From: Terriglobia bacterium
GTDB taxonomy: Bacteria; Acidobacteriota; Terriglobia; Bryobacterales; Bryobacteraceae
Assembly: GCA_963747535.1 (NCBI GenBank)
Contig: CAVVFX010000006.1
Coordinates: 240,681-304,680, forward strand
Length of the DNA: 64,000 nt
Reading direction: 5' to 3'
Shown: positions 10,529-20,078 of the stretch, piece by piece
How positions within the stretch are numbered: position 1 is the first letter of the stretch
Layout of the letters: the number at the start of each line of letters is the position of its first letter
Notes under the pieces: model-generated
What the model was told of the DNA's origin: nothing
The model's database searches: none
The model's input: only the letters and a program-made list of their open reading frames with translations
Program-made: the position numbers and the translations under genes

Positions 10529-11038
10529 ATGCACGCGTCAGGCCACTCGAAAGAGCCTAGCGGCCGAGTTACACTTGTGATGCGAAATCTCAACAGTATG
10601 CACTATTTTATCCTGGCGGTTAGTGCGCTAGCCCCGCTGGCAACAGCGCTGACGGCAGCCGATTCGGCGGTGATCATCGACTCCGGTTCTACCAATACGC
10701 CCGGGTTTCGAATCGAGGTCAGTACGTCGGGTGAGGCGGTTTATATTCCAAAACCGCGGCGCGCGGGCCAGCTATCGGAAGCTCAGGCCAAGCCCAAGAA
10801 CCGGAAACTTCCAGCCGCCATGGTCAAACCGTTCTTCGCGGCTCTCGATGCCGCAAAGCCGCTTTCTTCGCTACCCGGCGGAGGGTGTTTTAAGAGCGCT
10901 TCCTTCGGCACGACGCGAGTCATCGAGTACCACGGCCAAACGACTCCGGACTTGAGTTGCGGAGATCGCGGTGATCTCAAGCGAAAGGCTCTGATTCAGT
11001 CGATGGCCGAGATCGTTAAGTTCTGCAGTAGTGACTAG
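10529..11038 (+). CDS. Hypothetical secreted protein.
   Basis: The ORF has a hydrophobic signal-like segment MHYFILAVSALAPLATALTA. Alternative starts are at 10580 and 10598. Confidence 0.5.
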   Translation: MHASGHSKEPSGRVTLVMRNLNSMHYFILAVSALAPLATALTAADSAVIIDSGSTNTPGFRIEVSTSGEAVYIPKPRRAGQLSEAQAKPKNRKLPAAMVKPFFAALDAAKPLSSLPGGGCFKSASFGTTRVIEYHGQTTPDLSCGDRGDLKRKALIQSMAEIVKFCSSD

Positions 11039-11107
11039 TAGCGAAAGGCAAAAAAAACCGGGAAGCAGGGATGAACGCGGATAAACGCGGATAAAAGAAG
11101 CTATGAG

Positions 11108-11165
11108 GAAAGGGCTGCTGCGCAGCCTGGACAGACCACAAAAGACGATGGTCTGTCCTACGGGT
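11108..11165. repeat. Family A repeat, copy 3.
   Basis: GGCTGCTGCGCAGCC followed by GACAGACCACAAAAGACGATGGTCTGTCC. Confidence 0.75.
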
Positions 11166-11201
11166 GGCTATGTCTGTTCTGCGGGTGGTTGCGACTATAG
11201 A

Positions 11202-11657
11202 TTAAGTGGCGAGTTCCACGGCCCAGATGCCCTCGAAGTCGACGAAGTAAGCCTGTACCTCTATGCCTGGTATGGCTTGACGCAGATGCTCCGCGGCGCG
11301 CTGCAATTCTTCCTGGTGGTGTTCGGCTTCCAGGCGGGCGTCCCCGCCGAAACCGCCAGCCAGCCCTCCGTAGGCGCCGCAATCGGAATGCAACATCAGG
11401 ATCGCGAGCCTGGTTCCATGCAACCGCATGGACTTGAGAATCTGGTCTACCACAAACTCACGGTCGGTCGGGTGCTCCGGCGATGCCAGACATTTGGCGC
11501 CGCCGGCAATTTTGATGGGATCGGAGTTCGCGACGCCCAGTCGCTTGAGAAACTTGGTGAACCCCAACTGGAAGCGATTGTCGAAGCACCAGACGACCGC
11601 CGCGTCACAATGATATTTTTCGCGCGGCGCATCGAAGTGGAAGACCTTCTTCATCAT
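11202..11657 (-). CDS. Small beta-class carbonic-anhydrase-like protein.
   Basis: Only 151 aa. Contains CFDNRF (the Cys-x-Asp-x-Arg motif) and HSDCGAYGG (the His-x-x-Cys-Gly motif), which are the two zinc-ligand motifs of beta-carbonic anhydrases. Confidence 0.55.
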   Translation of the reverse strand: MMKKVFHFDAPREKYHCDAAVVWCFDNRFQLGFTKFLKRLGVANSDPIKIAGGAKCLASPEHPTDREFVVDQILKSMRLHGTRLAILMLHSDCGAYGGLAGGFGGDARLEAEHHQEELQRAAEHLRQAIPGIEVQAYFVDFEGIWAVELAT

Positions 11658-11848
11658 GTTTTCAATCTACTAACTGGGTTGCCCTTCCGCCTGGCGGGCG
11701 ACCTGGGGGTCGCTTGCGGACGAGGGCGTCCGCCCCACAGATGTGGCGGGAGTGAGTCGAGGCGTGTCCCAGCGACTCAGCACGCGTTCCTCCAAATTAA
11801 ATAAGTCCATTGTTATCAGTGACTCTTATTGGCAGGATACCTGCAAAC

Positions 11849-12406
11849 ATGAGGACAGTGTTTCGTTTTCTCCTAGTCACGATGTGTCTGATCCCCGGAG
11901 CCGCGCCACTCTCCGGGGTTACGATGCAGCAACTGTCCATGGATGATCTGGCGGTACGGTCCACCGCCATCATCCGCGGACAGGTACTGAACTCCTATAC
12001 AGCGGTACTCGGGCCAACGGTCTATACTCATTACCGCATCACCGTTACGGAGTCGTGGAAGGGCGCGTCTGGTGTAACGGTGGACATCGCGTTACCCGGT
12101 GGGATCGCCGGCACAATCCGTCAGACCTATCCGGGAGTTCCCCAACTGAGCACCGGAGTCGACTACGTTCTCTATTTGTGGACTTCCCCGACGTCCGGCC
12201 TGACGTTGCCGACCGGATTTAGCCAGGGCATTTTTACGGTTACCGGAAGCACAGCTTCCGCCCTGATCACTTCGCGCTCCGCATCGAGTGAGTTGATGCT
12301 CGATGCAAAGGGCCATCCCGTGCCAGACCGCGGGGTTTCCATGCGTTTCGCGGACATGAAGAGCCAGGTGGCTGCGGCGATTGCTGGACAGGCCGGCGTG
12401 AAATGA
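11849..12406 (+). CDS. Hypothetical secreted protein, in an operon with the downstream metzincin.
   Basis: Starts at MRTVFRFLLVTMCLIPGAAPLSG, a signal peptide. Its stop overlaps the downstream start (ATGA). Confidence 0.55.
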   Translation: MRTVFRFLLVTMCLIPGAAPLSGVTMQQLSMDDLAVRSTAIIRGQVLNSYTAVLGPTVYTHYRITVTESWKGASGVTVDIALPGGIAGTIRQTYPGVPQLSTGVDYVLYLWTSPTSGLTLPTGFSQGIFTVTGSTASALITSRSASSELMLDAKGHPVPDRGVSMRFADMKSQVAAAIAGQAGVK

Positions 12407-14898
12407 GACGCCGGCTGCAAATCGCTCTCCTCGCAATTCTAGCGGCGGCCAATGCCAACGCGTACTATTTCTGGACCCACTACACGCTGCGCACGGCGCC
12501 TTATAATCCGGTTCCCGAAAAATTCGATCTGACGGTGCTGCCGAACCAGACGGCCACTTTCTATGTGACCGACACCGGACCGTCGCTTTATTCCGGTAAT
12601 GACAGCTTTGCGGCGGTGATCAGCCAGGTCCGGCAGGCGGCCCAGGCGTGGAATTCCGTGGCAACGTCGAGTTTGCGCGTGGCGTTTGGCGGCCTGTATA
12701 CTGCCGGCACGCCCCAGAATACGCCCGGCGGGCAGGTGATCTTCGAGCAGCTACCGCCAGGAATCCTGGGCTACGGCGGAGTCAGTTCGGAGGCCAATAT
12801 CGGGGCCAGCCCGAACAACAGTTTCTACCCGATCCTGACGTCGTTCATGTATCTCACTACGAATCTGACGCAATCCCCGGGTCCTTCGTACACCGATTTC
12901 TTTTTCCTGGACGTGGTTCACGAAATGGGCCATGCGCTGGGACTGCAACACACGTTCACTTCGAGCGCCATGTCGCAGGCCACGACGCGCACCACTTCGC
13001 TGGTCCGGACCATTGATGCGGACGATGTCGCCGGCATTTCGGTGCTGTATCCGGCGGCGAATTTCGGCAGCCAGTTCGGCAGCATCAGCGGCCGCGTCCT
13101 GTTCAGCAACGGGCAGCCAGTGCATCTGGCGTCGGTGGTAGCGATCCGCAACGGCGCCTCGGCCGTCAGCGCGTTCACCAATCCTGACGGCACCTATCGA
13201 ATCGACGGCGTGCCGCCCGGATCTTATTTTGTGTACGCCCATCCGCTACCTCCGGACTCCAATGTCGTGTTTCCGCTCGATCCGAGCGGCAATCCGGTAG
13301 CCGCGAGCGGCCCGTTCGTCACGAATTTTTATCCGGGCACGCCCAGTTTCAGTCCGAACCTGCCGGCAGTCCCGGTCAATATCGGGGTCATTACTCCCAA
13401 CATCAATTTTTCGGTGTCGCCGATCGCTGCGGTGCCGCTGTACGATGTGCAGGTATACAGCTACATCAACGGTAACGCCATCACGCCCGCCTTCCTGAAC
13501 GAGAACTCGCCCGTGGGCGCGACCAGCGCGCAGGGCGTGGGCCTGGGAAGCAACGGTGTCGCCGCTCCCGGTCTGGCCGCGCAGGTGCTCGGCGGGGCGG
13601 CTAACCTTTACGCCTCCGCCGGCTATGGAGACGGCCTTGGCGACACTTATTTCGCGATGTATTTTACCTATGGGCTGGGGGCGCCAACGGGACCGCAGCA
13701 TCTGGTTTTCACGCTGCCGAACTATACGTATGTAGCGAACAACGCCATTAATCTGACGCTTACCAATGCGCCCTCGATCAACAGTATTTTCTCCAATCCC
13801 GACGGCAGCATTTCGCTCACCGGGACCGGTTTCACTCCGACCACCAGTTTCTTTCTGGATGGCTCTCCGATCACTTTGCGCAGCCTGGATTTTGTGAACG
13901 GCGTGGCCGTCGCCGTGCCTCCCCTCGGGGCCAGCGGCCAGCATGCGACTGCGATGGCGCTGAATAGCGACGGGCAGAACTCCTTTGCCGCGCAGCCGAA
14001 TTCGCCGGCTACCTTCGCCTACCCGGTCACGCCTCAGCCCGTGGTGTCGCTAAATCCTCCCAGTGTGCCGGCCGGCGTCGAAGCCATGATCGACATCACG
14101 GGGACCAACACGAATTTTGTGCAGGGCCAGACCGTGGTCGGCTTCGGCACGAGCGATGTGTTCGTCCGCCAGGTGTTCGTGCTGAGCCCAACGCACCTGC
14201 AAGCCGATGTCTACGTTCCGGCGGCAGCCGCGCAAACCTCCAGCGAGGTCAGCATCTTCACCGGATTTCAATCCGCCGTGCAACCCAACGCGTTCCAGGT
14301 GACGGCGCCCAATCCGCGGCTTCCGGTAGCTTCGCCGCTGCTGCAAAATTCCACTCCGGGCCAGGCCACGATTTACCCGGGAGCGAGTGTGAGCGTATCC
14401 GGAACGAATCTGCAACAGGGAGGTACGCCTCCGGTAGTTACCTTTAACGGCATCCAGGCGGTGGTCCTGTCGGCGTCCCCAACGCAGATCAGCCTGCAGA
14501 TTCCGGCAGGGCTGCCAGCCGGGCCGGCAACCATGGTCGTATCGAACGGGGCGGCGACGAGCCTGCCCGTGGATGTGAATATCGCGGCTGCCCCGACCTC
14601 CATCACCGCGGAACTGAACACGGCGGGCGTCGCGATCGATTCAGGACATCCGGCACACGCGGGAGACGTGGTCACCTTCCTGGTTTCCAACTTCGGCGAC
14701 CCGGTCGCGGGAGTAGCGGCATCGCGCGTGCAGCTATCGATCAACGGGGGTACCGCACCGGTCCTGATCGTCGCGCCGTACGTGACCAACCTGTTCCAGA
14801 TCCAGACGATCATTCCGGGGATCGCTCCGGGCAATCTACCGGTCACGATTTATCTGGACGGACGGGTTAGTGCGCAGGGGACGATTTTCGTTCAGTAG
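12403..14898 (+). CDS. Secreted zinc metalloprotease (metzincin, HEXXHXXGXXH) with C-terminal IPT/TIG-like beta-sandwich repeats.
   Basis: 831 aa with signal peptide MRRRLQIALLAILAAANANA. The VVHEMGHALGLQH zinc-binding motif is present. Several roughly 90-aa repeats rich in G, T and V follow at the C-terminus. Confidence 0.8.
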   Translation: MRRRLQIALLAILAAANANAYYFWTHYTLRTAPYNPVPEKFDLTVLPNQTATFYVTDTGPSLYSGNDSFAAVISQVRQAAQAWNSVATSSLRVAFGGLYTAGTPQNTPGGQVIFEQLPPGILGYGGVSSEANIGASPNNSFYPILTSFMYLTTNLTQSPGPSYTDFFFLDVVHEMGHALGLQHTFTSSAMSQATTRTTSLVRTIDADDVAGISVLYPAANFGSQFGSISGRVLFSNGQPVHLASVVAIRNGASAVSAFTNPDGTYRIDGVPPGSYFVYAHPLPPDSNVVFPLDPSGNPVAASGPFVTNFYPGTPSFSPNLPAVPVNIGVITPNINFSVSPIAAVPLYDVQVYSYINGNAITPAFLNENSPVGATSAQGVGLGSNGVAAPGLAAQVLGGAANLYASAGYGDGLGDTYFAMYFTYGLGAPTGPQHLVFTLPNYTYVANNAINLTLTNAPSINSIFSNPDGSISLTGTGFTPTTSFFLDGSPITLRSLDFVNGVAVAVPPLGASGQHATAMALNSDGQNSFAAQPNSPATFAYPVTPQPVVSLNPPSVPAGVEAMIDITGTNTNFVQGQTVVGFGTSDVFVRQVFVLSPTHLQADVYVPAAAAQTSSEVSIFTGFQSAVQPNAFQVTAPNPRLPVASPLLQNSTPGQATIYPGASVSVSGTNLQQGGTPPVVTFNGIQAVVLSASPTQISLQIPAGLPAGPATMVVSNGAATSLPVDVNIAAAPTSITAELNTAGVAIDSGHPAHAGDVVTFLVSNFGDPVAGVAASRVQLSINGGTAPVLIVAPYVTNLFQIQTIIPGIAPGNLPVTIYLDGRVSAQGTIFVQ

Positions 14899-14905
14899 TC
14901 TTCAG

Positions 14906-14976
14906 TTGTCCGTTATCCGTCGTCCGTTATCCGTTTTCCGTCGTCCGTTGTCCGTCGTCCGTTGTCCGTTTTCCGT
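14906..14976. repeat. Imperfect heptad tandem repeat (TCCGTYR), about 10 units, ending in a TATAAT -10-like box upstream of nth.
   Basis: The units tccgtta, tccgtcg and tccgttg repeat head to tail. TATAAT at 14976..14981 lies about 7 bp upstream of the nth start. Confidence 0.7.
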
Positions 14977-14987
14977 ATAATGGCCGT

Positions 14988-15653
14988 TTGAAGATTCCCC
15001 GACCTAAGACTGCTGCGGAACGTAAGGCTCGTGTGGCAGAGATCCTGCGGCTACTCGACCGCATGTATCCGAACGCCACCTGCGCGCTCCATCACAATAA
15101 TCCATTTGAGTTGCTGGTTGCCACCATCCTGTCGGCGCAATGCACCGACAAGCGGGTCAATGAAGTCACGCCGGGCCTGTTTAAAAAGTATCCGACGCCG
15201 CTCGACTTCGCCTCCGCACGCCAGGAGGTGATGGCCAACGAAATCCGCTCCACGGGCTTCTTCAATAACAAGGCCAAATCGGTGATCGGCGCCGCGAAAA
15301 AAATCGTAAACGACTTCGGTGGTAACGTGCCACGGACCATGGAAGAGATGCTCACCATTCCCGGAGCGGCGCGCAAGACTGCCAATGTGGTTCTGGGAAC
15401 CGCTTACGGCATCGCCAGCGGGATTGTGGTGGACACGCATGTGCAACGCATCGCGGCACGGTTGGACCTGACGAAGAACTCCGATCCGGTAAAGATCGAA
15501 CAGGACCTGATCAAGATCATTCCGCGGGAACGGTGGATTCTCTTCTCTCACCAGGTCATCCTGCATGGCCGTGCCCTATGCCTCGCGCGCAGTCCGAAGT
15601 GCTCCCAGTGCGAATTGAATTCACTCTGCTACGCCAAGGATAAGACGGTGTAG
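14988..15653 (+). CDS. nth: Endonuclease III (DNA glycosylase/AP lyase).
   Basis: Has the HhH-GPD motif and the C-terminal 4Fe-4S ligands CLARSPKCSQCELNSLC. Confidence 0.92.
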   Translation: MKIPRPKTAAERKARVAEILRLLDRMYPNATCALHHNNPFELLVATILSAQCTDKRVNEVTPGLFKKYPTPLDFASARQEVMANEIRSTGFFNNKAKSVIGAAKKIVNDFGGNVPRTMEEMLTIPGAARKTANVVLGTAYGIASGIVVDTHVQRIAARLDLTKNSDPVKIEQDLIKIIPRERWILFSHQVILHGRALCLARSPKCSQCELNSLCYAKDKTV

Positions 15654-16038
15654 CAAATAGTGCAGAGTTATTCGTTTTTCGTGACAGCAACGTTGCGGTG
15701 ACGACTCCCTCACGGTCGCGGCTCTGAACTCGTTGCTGAGCCGCGCGCATAATCAAGCGGTTCTGTACTAGCGCGATCGTTGGCCGCATCTCTGCGTCTC
15801 CGTGTTAAAGCGCTTCGCCGTACTCGCCGATGAAAGCTGCTAAGCGCGATGCAGCGCGGGCCGCATTCGGATGGAACGCGGAGACACAGAGTACCGCGGA
15901 GATCGCAGAGGTATCTGATGGCTACTGCTTCTCGTCCTAAGTAGCCGCTCTTCAATCTACAGATTCGAAATGACTTCTTCGAAGATCGTCATGTTCAACA
16001 AAGAATCTCCGCATTAGGCGTGCAGATTGAAACAAATC

Positions 16039-17160
16039 TTATCGGCTTACGGCCCAGCGGCGGATCATGCGATTAGCGGGCTCTTCGACTAACTCGAAGG
16101 CGAGCGCCGAAATCGCGATGACGCCGGCTATATAAAGCGCCGCGGCCGCTGCGGGTGACGCCGGTCGGGAATTCGTCCATAGATACCGCGAATACCACCA
16201 CAGCAGCGGGACATGTAGAATGTACATCGAGTAACTTGCCTGCCCGAGAACTTTCGGGATGCGTGAGGAGAGCAGACGCGCCGGCAAGCCCCCACCAATC
16301 GCGAGGCCGACGAGGATCGCGACATTGACCGGGCGCAAAGCGCTGTTGAGATCGAGCGAGGAGCCACGAAGGCACTGCGGGAACGCAACCATCAATGCAC
16401 CCACCGAACCCGCGACGCCGTAGAGCCAAATCCCAATCCGCTTGAAGGTGAAGCGCTTATTATGGAGGACGTCGAACAAGTGGGAGGCGACGATGCCGAC
16501 GAGGAAGTCGGCCGTATGATAGAGCGGCTTCCACGACGAGGGCACGTGCAGTTGAACTAGCGCGACAGGCAACACGATCGAGAGCGCGCCCGCCAGCGCA
16601 ATGCGCGGCCAGGTGGGTTTCGCGAAAAACATCAGCAACACGGGAAAGCAGAGATAGAAGAAAAATTCGCAGGATAGCGACCATGCGGGCGTGTTCCAGC
16701 CAACGCCCAGAGATCCGGTCCAGCCTTGCAATACCAGTCCGTAGTCGGCGAGCAGCGCGCCGCGGCGTGACGAGCCCGCGCCTCCCGCAAATAGCGAGCG
16801 GTATATGAACGGCGAGACGATCACCAGGCTGATCAGGTAGCCGGGGTAAACTCGCGCGATCCTGGCTACGCCGTAGCGGAACAGGCTGCCGCGGTCCCAT
16901 TCTTTTTCGCCATAGCTGCGCGCCAGCACGAAGCCTGAAAGAACGAAAAAGGTCCCGACTGCGAGGTAACCGCCGCGCACCAGCGAGGCGAGGCCGGCAG
17001 GCAGAGACTGTACCCAGGGTTCGAGCATCATGCCCTTGCCGGTAAGGTGGTGAACGATTACCCAGACTGCCAGGACAAACCGCAATCCGGTCAGGGCGGG
17101 AAGATGGGCTCTGGTGGGACAGACATTAGTCTGTCGAGGCTCGCTCACCGGTTCTTCCAC
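16039..17160 (-). CDS. Acyltransferase family 3 (OafA-like) membrane protein.
   Basis: 373 aa with about 10 TM helices. The N-terminal HHLTGKG segment is typical of the family. Confidence 0.8.
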   Translation of the reverse strand: MEEPVSEPRQTNVCPTRAHLPALTGLRFVLAVWVIVHHLTGKGMMLEPWVQSLPAGLASLVRGGYLAVGTFFVLSGFVLARSYGEKEWDRGSLFRYGVARIARVYPGYLISLVIVSPFIYRSLFAGGAGSSRRGALLADYGLVLQGWTGSLGVGWNTPAWSLSCEFFFYLCFPVLLMFFAKPTWPRIALAGALSIVLPVALVQLHVPSSWKPLYHTADFLVGIVASHLFDVLHNKRFTFKRIGIWLYGVAGSVGALMVAFPQCLRGSSLDLNSALRPVNVAILVGLAIGGGLPARLLSSRIPKVLGQASYSMYILHVPLLWWYSRYLWTNSRPASPAAAAALYIAGVIAISALAFELVEEPANRMIRRWAVSR

Positions 17161-19460
17161 CGGTTGGCGAGCGCCGAAATCTTCTCATCGAGACTCGGCT
17201 GCGCGGGTGGAGGCTGAGGCTTGGCTGGAGGCTTCGTTTGGGGTTTGAACTGCGCCGGTGGCGCCTTCTGCTGCGGATGTCCTGGCGGCCGGGGCGCCGG
17301 CCCACCCTGCGTCTTCATCGACAGCGCGATGCGCTTGGCTTTGGCGTCGGCACTCAGCACGTGCACTTTCACGATCTGTCCGACTTTGACCGCTTCGTTG
17401 AGGTCCTTCACGTAGCGGTCCGAAAGTTCGCTGATATGGACCAACCCGTCCTGGTGCACGCCGATATCGACGAACGCGCCGAACTTGGTGACGTTGGTTA
17501 CGACGCCTTCCAGGGTCATGCCCGGGAGCAGGTCGGAGATCTCCTTCACTTCATCGCGGAATTGCGGCGCGACGAACTTCTCGCGCGGATCGCGTCCCGG
17601 CTTCTTCAACTCCTCCAGAATGTCGCCGAGCGTGTAGACGCCGACCGAGAGCCCGTCCTTGTTCACTTTTTCGACTAACGCGGGTTTGCTGATCAGCTCA
17701 TCGACGGTAATACCGAGGGATTCGGCGATGTGCTCGACTACCGGATAAGACTCCGGATGCACCGCGGTGCCGTCCAGCGGGTTCTCGCCGCCGCGAATGC
17801 GCAGGAAGCCGGCCGCCTGTTCGAAAGTCTTGGGCCCGATGCCCGGCACCGCCGTCAGTTGCACACGCGAGCGGAATTTCCCGTGTTCATTGCGGAATTC
17901 GACAATCTTCAACGCGGTCCGTTCGTTGACGCCGGCGACATACCGCAGCAAGGCCCAGGAGGCCGTGTTCAGATCCACGCCCACGCGATTAACACAACTC
18001 TCGATGACCGTCTCGAGCGATTTGTGAAGCTGCGATTGATCGACGTCATGCTGGTACTGCCCCACGCCGATCGACTTGGGATCGATCTTGACGAGTTCGG
18101 CAAGGGGGTCCTGCAACCGGCGGGCGATGGAAATTGCGCCACGGACCGTGAGATCGAGATCCGGAAACTCCTGCCGCGCGATATCCGAGGCCGAATAAAT
18201 CGATGCGCCGGATTCATTCACGGTCACGCTGAAGACCGTATCGAGTTTTTCGGCTTTGAGGAACTGCCGCACCAGGGCATCGGTTTCCCGCGATGCCGTC
18301 CCGTTGCCGATCGCGATGGCGCGTACATGATGTCGGGCGATGAGTTCCTTCAGCGTACGCTGCGAGCCGGCGACGTCATTCCTCGGTTCGTGCGGATACA
18401 TGACGGTATGCTCCAGGAACTTGCCGGTGTCGTCAACCACAGCGATCTTACAACCGGTGCGGATGCCGGGATCGATGGCGAGAACTCCGAGAGGTCCGGC
18501 GGGCGGAGAGAGCAGCAGGTTCTCCAGGTTCTCGCGAAAAACCTTGATGGCCTCCACGTCGGCGCGTTTCTTCAGCTCCAGCCGGATATCGGACTGGATG
18601 GAGAGGCCCAGCAGGCGTTTGTAGCAGTCCTCGACCGCGAGTTCCAGGTGAGGTGTCCAATCGCCGGGCGATTTGAGCACCTGCGATTTCAGGTACGAGA
18701 GGGGCCGCGCCGGGTCCAACTCGATTTGGAAATAGAGGACGTTTTCGTTCTCGCCGCGGCGGATCGCGAGCATACGATGCGACGGGATTTTCGCCGCCGG
18801 TTCGCGATACTCGTAATACATTTTGAACTTGTCCTGTTCGTCCTTGGCGTCCTCGACCTTATGGCTGACGACCACACCTTCGTCCAGCATCATCTGGCGC
18901 AGCACCTTGCGGAAGTCGGCATTCTCCGCGATCATCTCGGCGACGATGTGGCGCGCCCCTTCGAGCGCTTCGTCGACACTCGCGACGCCCTTTTCGGCAG
19001 CGATGAACGTGGCCGCGAATTCCGGCAAGCGGGTGTCCGCAGGTTCCTGCCGCCAGAGATAGAGCGCGAGGGGCTCCAGTCCTTTCTCGCGTGCGATGGT
19101 GGCCTTGGTCCGGCGTTTCGGTTTGTAGGGAAGATAGAGGTCTTCGAGTTCGTTCTTGTCGAGCGCCTTTTCGATTCTGGCGCGTAACTCCGGCGTGAGC
19201 TTGCCCTGTTCCTCGATGGTGCGAAGAATGGTCTCGCGGCGGTCTTCGAGTTCACGGAAGTAGGCCAGTTTCTCCTCTGCGCCGCGGATTTGCACCTCGT
19301 CGAGATTGCCGGTGGCTTCTTTGCGATAGCGTGCGATGAAGGGCACTGTTCCGCCTTCATCAAGGAGTTCGATGGTGGCAACCAGCGCCTTGAGGGTGAT
19401 GCCCAGAGTCTGGGCGATATGGACAAGGATGTCCGGCGATAGTTGCTTGGGTTCAGCCAT
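17145..19460 (-). CDS. tex: Transcription accessory protein Tex (S1 RNA-binding domain protein).
   Basis: 771 aa. Has the YqgF/HhH region and a C-terminal S1 domain (GMTLEGVVTNVTKFGAFVDIG) followed by a Pro/Lys-rich tail. Confidence 0.92.
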   Translation of the reverse strand: MAEPKQLSPDILVHIAQTLGITLKALVATIELLDEGGTVPFIARYRKEATGNLDEVQIRGAEEKLAYFRELEDRRETILRTIEEQGKLTPELRARIEKALDKNELEDLYLPYKPKRRTKATIAREKGLEPLALYLWRQEPADTRLPEFAATFIAAEKGVASVDEALEGARHIVAEMIAENADFRKVLRQMMLDEGVVVSHKVEDAKDEQDKFKMYYEYREPAAKIPSHRMLAIRRGENENVLYFQIELDPARPLSYLKSQVLKSPGDWTPHLELAVEDCYKRLLGLSIQSDIRLELKKRADVEAIKVFRENLENLLLSPPAGPLGVLAIDPGIRTGCKIAVVDDTGKFLEHTVMYPHEPRNDVAGSQRTLKELIARHHVRAIAIGNGTASRETDALVRQFLKAEKLDTVFSVTVNESGASIYSASDIARQEFPDLDLTVRGAISIARRLQDPLAELVKIDPKSIGVGQYQHDVDQSQLHKSLETVIESCVNRVGVDLNTASWALLRYVAGVNERTALKIVEFRNEHGKFRSRVQLTAVPGIGPKTFEQAAGFLRIRGGENPLDGTAVHPESYPVVEHIAESLGITVDELISKPALVEKVNKDGLSVGVYTLGDILEELKKPGRDPREKFVAPQFRDEVKEISDLLPGMTLEGVVTNVTKFGAFVDIGVHQDGLVHISELSDRYVKDLNEAVKVGQIVKVHVLSADAKAKRIALSMKTQGGPAPRPPGHPQQKAPPAQFKPQTKPPAKPQPPPAQPSLDEKISALANRWKNR

Positions 19461-19499
19461 TGAACTGGAGGAAATACCAGTTTATCAGGAGGGCCGTGG

Positions 19500-19568
19500 C
19501 GCGCTTGTAGAACGGAAGGCTGCTGCGCAGCCGGACAGACCACACACAGCGATGGTCTGTCCTACGGT
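19500..19568. repeat. Family A repeat, copy 4.
   Basis: GGCTGCTGCGCAGCC followed by GACAGACCACACACAGCGATGGTCTGTCC. Confidence 0.75.
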
Positions 19569-20071
19569 TCTATGATGACGTCTGCTAAAGGGATGGAGAT
19601 GCCGTCCGGAGTCAGCGAGCCGGACGGTGAGACTTCGAGCGGACGCTCGCCACCCGGGTATACCCATGCGCGCCTGGCATCGGGATCGACGATCCACGCG
19701 GTCTCAACACCCCAGGCGTGATACTCCTCGCATTTGGCTAATACCTCGCTCATCCTATCCGCAGGCGACAGTATCTCGATGCACAAGTGAACAGGCTCGG
19801 TTGGATAGGGATCCTGAATCCGGTCGCGCCGCTGAACGATCAGATCCGGCACCAGGTACTTGCCGGTGCGGATTTGGCAAGTGATTTCCGATCCGGCCAC
19901 AAACTGAGGAAAGCTCTGATTGATCAATTGAGCCAGGCGTACCTGAACGCGGCCGTGCTTCCAAGCCGGCATCGTTTTCCGGCGCAAGACGCCATCGATA
20001 TAGTCGCAAGCGGGCTTGTAATCCGTGTTGAGATACTCTTCGACGGAAACCAACGTCGGGTGAGCGGCCAT
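19562..20071 (-). CDS. Uma2-family (DUF820) putative endonuclease.
   Basis: 169 aa with a PD-(D/E)XK-like core (PDLIVQ, LCIEILSP). Confidence 0.8.
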   Translation of the reverse strand: MAAHPTLVSVEEYLNTDYKPACDYIDGVLRRKTMPAWKHGRVQVRLAQLINQSFPQFVAGSEITCQIRTGKYLVPDLIVQRRDRIQDPYPTEPVHLCIEILSPADRMSEVLAKCEEYHAWGVETAWIVDPDARRAWVYPGGERPLEVSPSGSLTPDGISIPLADVIIEP

Positions 20072-20078
20072 AGGAGCA

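Noticed and set aside
14906-14976. The tandem repeat as a possible CRISPR array.
   Set aside because: The unit is only 7 bp with no spacers, and no cas genes are nearby. It is a microsatellite.
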